From contig JBFMGU010000144.1 of assembly GCA_040752415.1 (NCBI GenBank), positions 1 through 27,131 of the forward strand: a stretch of 27,131 nt of DNA, written 5' to 3'. The translations under genes were made by a program, and so were the position numbers. Below the pieces are notes generated by a model. That model did not search any database. It saw nothing but the letters and a program-made list of their open reading frames with translations, and was not told the DNA's origin. This stretch comes from Myxococcota bacterium (GTDB taxonomy: Bacteria > Myxococcota > JACRCW01). Below, piece by piece: positions 1 through 8,546 of the stretch. Every line of letters starts with the position of its first letter. Position 1 is the stretch's first letter.

Positions 1-380
1 CGCTGCGAGGCACGCTTGGGCTCAACTCGCCGGTGACGACGACGCTTCTTCAACTCCAGCCGGGACAGCCGGATACGCCAGATTTTGTCGATGCTGTCCA
101 AAGCGGCTCGCCGCCCTGGCCAGCGCCAAGCGGGTTCCCCACCCGGCAGCGGTCCACCAGGCGCAGCGTTGCCCATTCGCTGTCGTCGACGCGTCCCGGG
201 GCTCCGTGATCGGCCGTTGAAGACGCACTCGGCGCTGACCAGGGCGGCGAGTGCCCGCCGCACTCCAGGTCGTGGCCCGCTCACCCGTCTGCAATCCCGA
301 TGGGCAGCTTGCTCTGGCGCAGCACCTCCACTCCGTCACCCTGCGCTGCGCCCACGGGATGCATCGATGGAGCGCGCGTC

Positions 381-1169
381 CTACTTTCCTGCGTCGCTAC
401 GAGGCTGATCGGCGGCGGCGCTGCTCTTCCACGGGGCCGCCTTGGCACGGTCCCGAATGGTGACGACGTGTTTGCTGGATTGGTCGGTGCTGGAGAGCAT
501 GAAGGTGGGCACGGAGAAGGGAATCTCGAACACCGAGAGCGCCACGAGAAGAGTGCCGCCGTCCAGCGGGACCACGTCGGTGTGATACTCCAGGTGGCTC
601 AGGGTGCCGGCCACCTGCATGGTGCGAATGATGCCGCCGGAGGAGCCCGCGGGCGTCCGGGTGATGCGCGTGAAGGACCACCCGTCGGACAAAGGGAAGG
701 GCAGGTCCCACGTGGTGAAGCTGAAGGCGGTGGGCGCGGCCACGGCTTCCGTGCAGGTGATGGCGCGGAGCTTCTCAACCTCCGCCCGCTCCATTTCCCC
801 GCGTGCCGCCGCCACGGCTGACTCCGCCTCCGTTGCGGCGAAATAGCGGGGAGCGCCCGAGTACGCAGTCGAGTTGTCCAGGTGGCAGGCGTCGCGAATC
901 TGCGCGTACACCCACGACGGCGGCGCGTCGATCTTCGCCGCCACCATGGTCTCCACGCGACCGCCCGCGGACTTGCGCCGCACCACGGTCTCACCGTTCT
1001 TCACCAGCGCCAGGTCCTCCGTCGAGACCAGCCGCGCCAGCGGTGCGTCGGGTGCCGCGGCGTTGCCCAGCAACACGAGCAGGGACAGCGAGATCACGGC
1101 CAGGCTGGCGCGGCGGCGCGGTTCATGCGGCAACATGCACGTCGTGACTCCAAGCCCCCGTGTGACCAT
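381..1169 (-). CDS. Secreted or membrane-anchored protein, possibly START/SRPBCC (Bet v1-like) lipid-binding fold
   Basis: GGAGGTGA Shine-Dalgarno before ATG at 1169; hydrophobic signal (LAVISLSLLVLLGNAAA); START-like segments 'AKIDAPPSWVYAQIRD' and 'WDLPFPLSD'. Confidence 0.55.
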   Translation of the reverse strand: MVTRGLGVTTCMLPHEPRRRASLAVISLSLLVLLGNAAAPDAPLARLVSTEDLALVKNGETVVRRKSAGGRVETMVAAKIDAPPSWVYAQIRDACHLDNSTAYSGAPRYFAATEAESAVAAARGEMERAEVEKLRAITCTEAVAAPTAFSFTTWDLPFPLSDGWSFTRITRTPAGSSGGIIRTMQVAGTLSHLEYHTDVVPLDGGTLLVALSVFEIPFSVPTFMLSSTDQSSKHVVTIRDRAKAAPWKSSAAADQPRSDAGK

Positions 1170-1303
1170 CCTATCACCTCCCGTTGGCGCCCGCGGGAAG
1201 CCCACCGCGCTCGCGGCCCTGACCGCACGGGAACCGTGGGGCGCCGCGCTTGCGTTGGGCATGGTGTTGCAGCGTCGTTTCTGACGACGTCACGTCACGG
1301 CCA

Positions 1304-2062
1304 TCAGATCACCGATAGCAAGCCACCCGCCACCACCCACAACGCGGCTCCCACCCAGGCCGGATGGGGCACGCCACGCAAACGCTCCAGCAGGTGAAGG
1401 CCCACGTAACCCGCCACCACGTACGGCACGAACACCTCCGCGGTGGTGAAGTGGTGCAGGTCGCCCGCGTGATAGCGGAAGTAGAACGTGTTGAACGCCA
1501 CCAGCGAGAACGTGTTGGCCGCCACCTCCAGCACCATGGCATCCACCCCGACGAGAACCGCCTTCGCCGGCAGGTTGTCCAGGGCGCGCAGGCGCGGATT
1601 CTCCTCGAGCGCCTGGTGCAGGAGGTGCACGAACAACCCGTAGAGCGGCCACATCAACAGGCCCACGCCGGAGGTGTAACCGTGATGCACCGGCCACACG
1701 TGGTATTCCCAGCACGGCCGTCCCACGACGAGGACGAAGAGCGCGTCACAGCCCACCTCGGCCAGGAGCGCGCAGAAGAACGTGGCGCCCATGGTGAGCA
1801 GCAACTGCGCGGGGTCCGGCCGGAGCCAGCGTCGGGCGAGCGCGCTGGTGAACAGGTAGAGCAGCGGCGTGAAGAAGGTGATGAACGTGACGGTGAACCG
1901 CGCGTTCCGCGACGGGTCCAGCGGCGCAATGGTGCGCCCCAACCCATCCACCACGCCCCACCAGATGCCCGCGGTGACAACGACCGTGACGCCGTAGAGC
2001 GCGGCCAACGCCACCAACCAGCGCGCCACCACCACGCCCCGCAGGCCCTGCACCGAGGTCAT
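1304..2062 (-). CDS. Multi-pass membrane protein with internal duplication (weakly CmpB/DUF1113-like)
   Basis: About 6-7 hydrophobic helices; two copies of E-x(n)-YH-x4-HH; 25 nt downstream of argB on the same strand. Confidence 0.6.
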   Translation of the reverse strand: MTSVQGLRGVVVARWLVALAALYGVTVVVTAGIWWGVVDGLGRTIAPLDPSRNARFTVTFITFFTPLLYLFTSALARRWLRPDPAQLLLTMGATFFCALLAEVGCDALFVLVVGRPCWEYHVWPVHHGYTSGVGLLMWPLYGLFVHLLHQALEENPRLRALDNLPAKAVLVGVDAMVLEVAANTFSLVAFNTFYFRYHAGDLHHFTTAEVFVPYVVAGYVGLHLLERLRGVPHPAWVGAALWVVAGGLLSVI

Positions 2063-2087
2063 GATGCGTCCGCCCGCTCGACGAGGC

Positions 2088-2912
2088 TCAGTTCTTGAGC
2101 ACGGTGCCCACGCTGCCCGGCTCCAGCACGGCGCGCTTGAGCTGTCCCACGGTGAGCCTGCCCAGGATGATCACCTGGCTCACGCCTTCATCCAACGCCT
2201 TGAAGCTCTCCTCCACCTTGGGAATCATCCCCGCACCAATGGTGCCGTCCTTGATGGCCGCGTTTCCGTCGGCGCGCGTGAGCACCGGGATGCGACTCCC
2301 CGGGTCCTTCACGTCCTTGAGCACGCCGGGCGTCCCGGTGATGAGCAGCAGCGCATCCGCCTTCAGCGCCACGGCAACCTGGTTGGCCACGGTGTCGGCG
2401 TTGATGTTGAACGTGTTGCCCTGCTCGTCGGCGCCCAGGCACGCCATCACCGGCACGTAGCCGTTCTTCCCCAGCAGCCCCAGCAGCTCGGTGTTGACGC
2501 TCTGCACGTCACCCACGAAGCCAAAGTCCACCGGGTCCGGTCCCCCGCCGCTGACGACGAGAGGCGGTCTCCGCTTGGCCCGCACCGCCAGGCTGCTGGC
2601 GCCGTGCAATCCCACCGGCCGCGCCCCCGCCGCGGTGAGCCGCGCGCACAGGTCCACGTTCACCGCGCCGGCCACCGCCATCTTCATCACCTCGAGCGTT
2701 CCCTCGTCGGTGATGCGCCGCCCGCCCACCATGCGCGGCTCCATGCCCAACCGCTTCTGCAGCGCCGTGGCCTGCGGTCCACCGCCGTGCACCACCACCA
2801 CGGTGTGACCCGCCTGCATCAGCGCGCCAATGTCGGCGGCAATGGCCTTCAGCTCCTCCTGGTGGGCGGCGTCCATCAGCTCACCGCCCAGCTTGATCAC
2901 CGTGGTGGTCAT
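2088..2912 (-). CDS. argB: Acetylglutamate kinase
   Basis: VIKLGG, VVVHGGGPQ, GRRITD, NINAD, GMIPKV motifs; ATGA overlap with argC. Confidence 0.95.
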   Translation of the reverse strand: MTTTVIKLGGELMDAAHQEELKAIAADIGALMQAGHTVVVVHGGGPQATALQKRLGMEPRMVGGRRITDEGTLEVMKMAVAGAVNVDLCARLTAAGARPVGLHGASSLAVRAKRRPPLVVSGGGPDPVDFGFVGDVQSVNTELLGLLGKNGYVPVMACLGADEQGNTFNINADTVANQVAVALKADALLLITGTPGVLKDVKDPGSRIPVLTRADGNAAIKDGTIGAGMIPKVEESFKALDEGVSQVIILGRLTVGQLKRAVLEPGSVGTVLKN

Positions 2913-3958
2913 GGCCAGCTACCCGGGTCCTCAAGGGTCAGCTTCTCGTCGAGACCGAGCATCAGGTTCATGTTCTGGATGCCCTGGCCCGCGCCGCCCT
3001 TGATGAGGTTGTCGGTGACGGAGAACGCGGTGATGAGGCGCCTGCCCTCCACCGGCTCACCAAAGGACACGCCCACCTCGGCGTAGTTGCTGCCCGCCAC
3101 CGCCACCACCTCGGGCAAGCGCTTCTGCGGGATGCGCACAAAGGGCTCGCCCGCGTAGCACTCCTGGTACAGCTTCTTCACCTGCTCCGTCGACACCGAG
3201 GCATCCACGTGCGCGAACGCGGTGACGAAGATGCCGCGGACCAACGGCGCGCTCACCGGCACGAAGCGCAGCGTCACGTTCTTGGCGCCCGCCGCCTGCC
3301 AGGTGTCCAGGACCTCCGGCACGTGCTGGTGCTCCAGCGGCTTGTAGGTGCGCAGGTTGCCCGCGCGCGTGGGGTGGTGCGTGGTGGCCGTGGGCGCAAT
3401 GCCGCTCCCCGACGAGCCGGTGATGCCCACCACCTCCACCTCGCCGCTCAGCAGTCCCGCCTTGGCCAGGGGCAGCAGGGCCAGCTCCATCGTCGTGGCG
3501 AAGCACCCGGGGCTGGCCACGTACTTCGCCTTCTTGATGCGCTCACGGTTGAGCTCGGGCAGCCCGTAGACGAACTCACCGAGCAGCTGCGGGGCCGGGT
3601 GGTCCGCGCCGTAGTGCTTCTTGTAGCTGGCCGCGTCCTTGAGACGGAAATCTCCGGAAAGATCGACGATGCGCGCCCCGGTCTTCATGATCTCCGGCAC
3701 GTACTTGGCGCTGATCTTGTGCGGCAGGCCCAGCAGGACCACGTCCATGCCCTCGGCGGCCTTGTCCGGCGGGATGTCCTGGAAGCGCAGGTCGGTCTGG
3801 CCTTCCAGGTTGTGGTGCACTTCCGAGATGAGCTCGCCCACGTGGTCCACGCTGGCCACCCGCACAAGCTCGACGTGAGGATGCAGGAGCAGACGACGGA
3901 TGAGCTCCACACCGCCGTAGCCGCTGCCACCGATGACGGCTGCTTTGAACTTTTTCAT
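2909..3958 (-). CDS. argC: N-acetyl-gamma-glutamyl-phosphate reductase
   Basis: GGSGYGGVEL Rossmann motif, DLSGDFRL, YGLPEL, catalytic SPGCF, DNLIKGGAGQGIQNMN; start placed at MKKFK (3958), not the longer ORF start. Confidence 0.95.
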   Translation of the reverse strand: MKKFKAAVIGGSGYGGVELIRRLLLHPHVELVRVASVDHVGELISEVHHNLEGQTDLRFQDIPPDKAAEGMDVVLLGLPHKISAKYVPEIMKTGARIVDLSGDFRLKDAASYKKHYGADHPAPQLLGEFVYGLPELNRERIKKAKYVASPGCFATTMELALLPLAKAGLLSGEVEVVGITGSSGSGIAPTATTHHPTRAGNLRTYKPLEHQHVPEVLDTWQAAGAKNVTLRFVPVSAPLVRGIFVTAFAHVDASVSTEQVKKLYQECYAGEPFVRIPQKRLPEVVAVAGSNYAEVGVSFGEPVEGRRLITAFSVTDNLIKGGAGQGIQNMNLMLGLDEKLTLEDPGSWP

Positions 3959-4034
3959 GGCGGCGCAACCTAGCGCGCCACCACGGGGCGGGCCACCGTT
4001 CCCCGGGCGTTGTCGCTGCGCCGCGCGGCTTGCT

Positions 4035-4185
4035 ACGGACGACGGTTCTTTCCGGCGGCGCCTCCGTGCCCACCGCCACGAGCTTGAGCCTTGGCACCAC
4101 GCCGCGTTGCTGGTGCACCGGGGCGCCGCGGAGCACGCCGCCCAACGTGGCACCGTGCTGGTCTTCCACGGCCTCACCGCGAGCA
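4035..4185 (+). pseudogene. Possible N-terminal remnant of an alpha/beta hydrolase
   Basis: Translates as 'ALLVHRGAAEHAAQRGTVLVFHGLTAS', resembling the beta-strand/HG oxyanion motif; no G-x-S-x-G follows and no clear start. Confidence 0.3.
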
Positions 4186-4353
4186 ACGGAACGACACCGC
4201 CACGTCGAGGACGCCGGGGCGGGAACACACCATGCCCGAGGCCGGCTGGGACGCGGTGTGGCGGAACAATCGTGGCGTGGTGTGAGCGAACCTTGACATC
4301 ACCGTCGCGTGCTGGACACGGTCGCGCCACCTGGATCACGGGAAGAGCCGAAC

Positions 4354-5295
4354 ATGGGAATCCTCCTCGTCACGTTGTTCGCGGTGTTGCCCATGAACAC
4401 ACCGCAGGAAGTTCCCGCGCCGGCACCCGCTCCCGCGCCTGCCGACGCCACCAACCCCAACCTGGCGGAAGAGGAGGAGGAAGAAGGGGAGCTCGAGGAG
4501 CCCGCACCCCGGCCGACGCCTCCCGCGCCCGCGACCGCCCCCAGGGAGAACAAGCCGCTGGCGGCGGTGGGTGGCTTCGTTGGCACGGTGGGCACGTTGT
4601 GCGCGGGGGCGTTCGTCGGCGGGGTGGTGTCCAACTTCTGCAGCCCGCTCGGCGTCATCATCGGCGTGGCCAGCGTGCTGGGGATGGGCGTGGGCGGTTA
4701 CGCGCTGGGCAGCCTGTTGGGCAAACGTCGCGTCCCGCTGCTGTGGACCATGCTCGGCGGAAACATCCCCACCATCGTCGCCATTGTGTTGAGCTTCCCG
4801 TTGCAGGTGGTGAGCTTTGTGGTGGCGTACGTCATTGCCTACGTGGGCCTGGTGCTCACCATCTACGGCGCCATGTTCTCGTTCCTCTGCTGCATGTTCT
4901 CGCTCGCCGACGCCAGCTACGCCTCCACGCTGGGGCTCACCCTCGCCATGACCGTGGCCGGCATCGCTCTCACCGGGCTGGGGGTGCTCATCGGCGCGGT
5001 GGGCGGGACGTTGTCGCTGATCATCGACGTCATTGGCGCGAGCGTCGGTGGTGGCATCGTGGCGGCGCTGATGGCGTTGACGGGCCGGCCGCTGGCCCAG
5101 GGCGAGGACCGCCTCAACTGGGACATGCTGAAGGTTCCCGACCCCATTCCGCCCGCCGTGAAGGTCCCCGCCCAGCCGGCGCCCGAGGTCGACGAGGAAG
5201 ATGTGGAGGACGCGCCGCCCGCGCCTTCGCCCGCGCCCACTCCCACTCCCGCACCTCCACCCCCGGTAACTCCCGCGCCCACGCCGGTGTACTGA
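4354..5295 (+). CDS. Hypothetical membrane protein with Pro/Glu-rich termini and Gly-rich transmembrane core
   Basis: Signal-like N-terminus MGILLVTLFAVLP; poly-Glu and PA repeats; long hydrophobic core; strong GC3 bias. Confidence 0.75.
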   Translation: MGILLVTLFAVLPMNTPQEVPAPAPAPAPADATNPNLAEEEEEEGELEEPAPRPTPPAPATAPRENKPLAAVGGFVGTVGTLCAGAFVGGVVSNFCSPLGVIIGVASVLGMGVGGYALGSLLGKRRVPLLWTMLGGNIPTIVAIVLSFPLQVVSFVVAYVIAYVGLVLTIYGAMFSFLCCMFSLADASYASTLGLTLAMTVAGIALTGLGVLIGAVGGTLSLIIDVIGASVGGGIVAALMALTGRPLAQGEDRLNWDMLKVPDPIPPAVKVPAQPAPEVDEEDVEDAPPAPSPAPTPTPAPPPPVTPAPTPVY

Positions 5296-5321
5296 GCGCG
5301 CGGCCCGCTTCCCGTCGGGGA

Positions 5322-5708
5322 TCACTGTGGCAGGTCACCCGTGCCCAACCGGGAGAGCAGCTCCACGAAGCGCGGGATGTCCAGCGGTTTGGCCAGGAGC
5401 TCGGCGGCGCCGGCGCGCGCGGCGTCGTCGGGTTTGACGTCGGCGTAGGCAGTCATCAGCACCACCGGCGGCGGATGGTCCACCTCCCTGCGCAGGTCAC
5501 GGAGGAAATCCAGGCCGTTCTTGCGCGGCATGCGGATGTCGCTGACCACCACGTCGGGATGACAGACCTTGCACGCGTGCAGCCCTTCCAGCCCGTCGGC
5601 CGCCTGGCGCGTGCGGAATCCCTCCAGCTCCAGCAGACCCGCCAGGGACTCCCGGAGGTCCGGGTCATCCTCCACGATCAACACCATCCCGCGGTCAGGC
5701 GACACCAT
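5322..5708 (-). CDS. Single-domain response regulator (CheY-like)
   Basis: LIVEDD, phosphoacceptor in VVSDIRMP, LMTAY, AKP motifs; overlaps the end of the kinase gene. Confidence 0.92.
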   Translation of the reverse strand: MVSPDRGMVLIVEDDPDLRESLAGLLELEGFRTRQAADGLEGLHACKVCHPDVVVSDIRMPRKNGLDFLRDLRREVDHPPPVVLMTAYADVKPDDAARAGAAELLAKPLDIPRFVELLSRLGTGDLPQ

Positions 5709-7257
5709 GGGCTCCACCCTGAAGCGTGGCCTGCCGCCGGGGAATCCGGATCACGAACCGGGTGTGGGGATTCTCCACGTCGACAAACATGACGCCGTGG
5801 TGTGCTTCCACCGTGGAGCGGGACAGGCTCAGCCCCAACCCGGTGCCCTTCCCCACCTCCTTGGTGGTGAAGAACGGCACGAACACCTTCTCGGACACCG
5901 AGCGTGGCAGCCCCCGTCCCGAGTCGGTCACGGAAATCTCCACCTCGTCCCCCTGCATGGCAGCGTCGATCCGGATCCATTTCTCGTCCAGCTGCTCCAC
6001 GGCGTCGAAGGCGTTGTTGAGCAGGTTGATGAGGACCTGGGACAGCTGCACCCGTCGACACTCCACCGTGGTCCCCATGGCCGGCGCGTCCAAGTCCACC
6101 TCCAGGCGCACCCCGCGCGTCCGCAGGCGCTCCGAGCACAGGGAGAGCGCGTCCAGCACCACGTCACGCAATGGCACGGGCGCGAAGCGCTCTCCGGAGG
6201 TGTCGCGGCTGAGGGCGCGCAGCGCGCTCACCACGTTGACAATCCGCATCACGGTCCGGTCGACAACGCCGAGGTGCTCCAGGAGCACATCCGCCTGCAG
6301 CAGGTTGCGGTGCGCCAGCTTCCGCAGCAGCTGCGTGCGCGCCGAGATCACCGTGAGCGGGTTGTTGATTTCGTGCGCAATGCCTCCCGCCATCTCGCCC
6401 AGCGCGGAGAGCTTGGCGGCGTTGGCCAGCATCATCTGTTGCTTCTCGATGACCCGCGCCCGCTCCGCCACGCCGCGCTCCAGGTCCTCGGTGTACGTGG
6501 AGAGGCGGCGCATCATGGAATTGAACGCGCGCACCAGGTCGGCCATCTCGTCGTTGCTGCCGGGGTCCCGCACGGTGACGTTGAGGTTGCCCCCGCTGAT
6601 CTCGCGCGCGGCGGCGGAGAGCTCCCCCAGCGGCCCCAGCACCCGACGGAGCGTGACGTAGAACAGCACGCCGAGGGCCACGGCAAACAGCGCCATGACG
6701 CCAACCACCGAGCGCGCCAGCTGCGCCACCCCGGCGTACTTCTCCGAGGAGCGGATGGTGTAGCCCACCACCCATTCCCAGGGGTCGAAGCGCCGGTAGA
6801 TGAGCCACCACGTCTCGTCGTGCCAGGAGTAGAACACTGTTCCCCCGCTGCCCTGGCGTGCCATGCGCACCAGCTCCCGGGCGTCGGGCGAACCCGGCGG
6901 CTGCGGCTCGGGATGCAACGCAATGTTGCCCGCGCCATCAATGACCACCGGGAAGATGCCCGTGCGTTCACCCTGGTAGAGCCTGCGCAGCTCCTCCAGC
7001 TGCGAGCGTTTGTAGCCCTCCTCGTAGAAACCGCGCAGTCCCGACGCCAACAGCCTCCGGTTCCGCTCCTCCAGCTGGCCCAGCATGAGCTGGAGCTGTT
7101 CGGAGTAGGCCTGCTCAATCTGGTTGGTGACCAGCTCACGCGCGCGCAGGACGGTGACCCCCACCAGCAGCGTGGTGGCCGCCAGGGTTGCCAGGAGCAG
7201 CGCAAGGAACAGCCTGGCCCGGATGGTCCGCAATCTCCGGAGCCCGTCAGAAGTCAT
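5695..7257 (-). CDS. Membrane sensor histidine kinase (TM-Cache-like-TM-HAMP-HisKA-HATPase)
   Basis: H-box AHEINNPL, N-box QVLINLLNNAFDA, DSGRG, PFFTTK, GTGLGLS; HAMP 'DEMADLVRAFNSM'; Cache-like 'FDPWEWVVG'. Confidence 0.93.
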   Translation of the reverse strand: MTSDGLRRLRTIRARLFLALLLATLAATTLLVGVTVLRARELVTNQIEQAYSEQLQLMLGQLEERNRRLLASGLRGFYEEGYKRSQLEELRRLYQGERTGIFPVVIDGAGNIALHPEPQPPGSPDARELVRMARQGSGGTVFYSWHDETWWLIYRRFDPWEWVVGYTIRSSEKYAGVAQLARSVVGVMALFAVALGVLFYVTLRRVLGPLGELSAAAREISGGNLNVTVRDPGSNDEMADLVRAFNSMMRRLSTYTEDLERGVAERARVIEKQQMMLANAAKLSALGEMAGGIAHEINNPLTVISARTQLLRKLAHRNLLQADVLLEHLGVVDRTVMRIVNVVSALRALSRDTSGERFAPVPLRDVVLDALSLCSERLRTRGVRLEVDLDAPAMGTTVECRRVQLSQVLINLLNNAFDAVEQLDEKWIRIDAAMQGDEVEISVTDSGRGLPRSVSEKVFVPFFTTKEVGKGTGLGLSLSRSTVEAHHGVMFVDVENPHTRFVIRIPRRQATLQGGAHGVA

Positions 7258-8404
7258 GGAAGATCTTCCCGTCTTCAACAAAGATGTTCATGATCTCCTG
7301 CGGCAGGCGCAGCCGCAGCGCGTTGGCACGCTTGAGATTGAGCAGCGGAACGCCGTTGGGGGGCGTGACCACCGCCAGGGTGCCCGGGCTCTCCCCGTCG
7401 AGGATGCGGAGCGCCAGCGTGGCGGCGTGGTGGCCCTGGTTGGCGGCGTCGTCGGAGGCGGACAGCAGGATCCCGCTCTGCACCGGCTCATTCCACGTGG
7501 AGGTATCTGGCAGCCGCGAATGGTTGGCCACCCAGCGGTACACCTCCGAGGGCTCCACCTTCCGTCCACTCCGGTCATGCACCGCGTTGGCGTTGAGGAG
7601 GAAGATCGCGTCCACGCGGTCCTGGAGGTCCAGCACAAAGCGCTGCCACTCCTCGAGCTTGTCGCTGACGTGGGTCTCCTGGAGCCGCGCCGACAACGTG
7701 GGCAGGATCTGCTGGAGCTCCTTGATCTGCTCCTGGCTCGTCGTGGTCCAGTCCGCCACCACCGCAAAGGTCTTGATGGAGGGCACCACCTTCTGCAGCA
7801 GCGAGATGCACTCGCGGTAGTAGGTGGTCTGGTAGACACCGGTGAGGTTGTGTCCCGGCCGCTCCAGCGACTCGACCCTCCCCGTCCCCACGTACTTCTC
7901 CACGCCGTTGATTCCCGCGAACACCACGGGCACGTCGTCCAGGCGCAGGCCCACGTGGCGCAGGGCATCGTCGTCGGTGGTGAACACCAGGCCCGGTTTG
8001 AGCGCGGCGATCTCGCGCAGGATGGGCCGGGCCGCCTGGCGCATGCTCGGCTCGTCCGGTCGCGAGAAGGCATCCATGAAGCCCTGGTGGAGGACGTAGT
8101 CGCGCCCCTCCACCAGCCCGCCTTCCGCCAGCGTGCGCGTGAAGCCGCCCACCATCTCGCGCGTCCAGCTGAACTCGGCGTGGTAGCTGTTGGCCACGTA
8201 GATGCGGAGAGGCGCCGTCGTCTTGGCGGTGGCCGCCGCGCTGCCCGTCGTCGGGGTCGGGTCGGCGAGGCGGGCCGCCATCAGCGTGGCGCCGACCAGC
8301 AGCGTCGTGACCAGCGCGAGCCACGCCTTCACCGAGCGGCTGTCACCCGGACGCCTCCACCACGGACGGAGACGACGTTCCGAGAGCCGGCCTTGTCCCA
8401 GCAT
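7247..8404 (-). CDS. ABC-type substrate-binding protein (ABC_sub_bind-like); start could instead be GTG at 8332
   Basis: Signal/anchor helix; NSYH, 'PGLVFTTDDDA', 'PVVFAGIN', 'RPGHNLTGV', 'LNLKRANALRLRLP' motifs; stop overlaps the kinase start. Confidence 0.85.
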   Translation of the reverse strand: MLGQGRLSERRLRPWWRRPGDSRSVKAWLALVTTLLVGATLMAARLADPTPTTGSAAATAKTTAPLRIYVANSYHAEFSWTREMVGGFTRTLAEGGLVEGRDYVLHQGFMDAFSRPDEPSMRQAARPILREIAALKPGLVFTTDDDALRHVGLRLDDVPVVFAGINGVEKYVGTGRVESLERPGHNLTGVYQTTYYRECISLLQKVVPSIKTFAVVADWTTTSQEQIKELQQILPTLSARLQETHVSDKLEEWQRFVLDLQDRVDAIFLLNANAVHDRSGRKVEPSEVYRWVANHSRLPDTSTWNEPVQSGILLSASDDAANQGHHAATLALRILDGESPGTLAVVTPPNGVPLLNLKRANALRLRLPQEIMNIFVEDGKIFHDF

Positions 8405-8546
8405 CACCCCTCCGCCGCACCGCAGGCTGGGATCACGCCCGCGGAATCCCCGGTGGGCCTAGCGACCAGGAGGAGGATGGTCCAGCTCGACGCCAACCCC
8501 GTGCCGACGACGACACGGCGGTGCGCTCCAGCTCATGCCCGCGGGC

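Noticed and set aside
1..380. Gene at the left edge
   Set aside because: No frame shows convincing codon bias or motifs, so no call is made.
2909..4339. 476-aa N-terminally extended ArgC
   Set aside because: The extra 127 codons are low-complexity; ArgC homology begins at MKKFK (3958).
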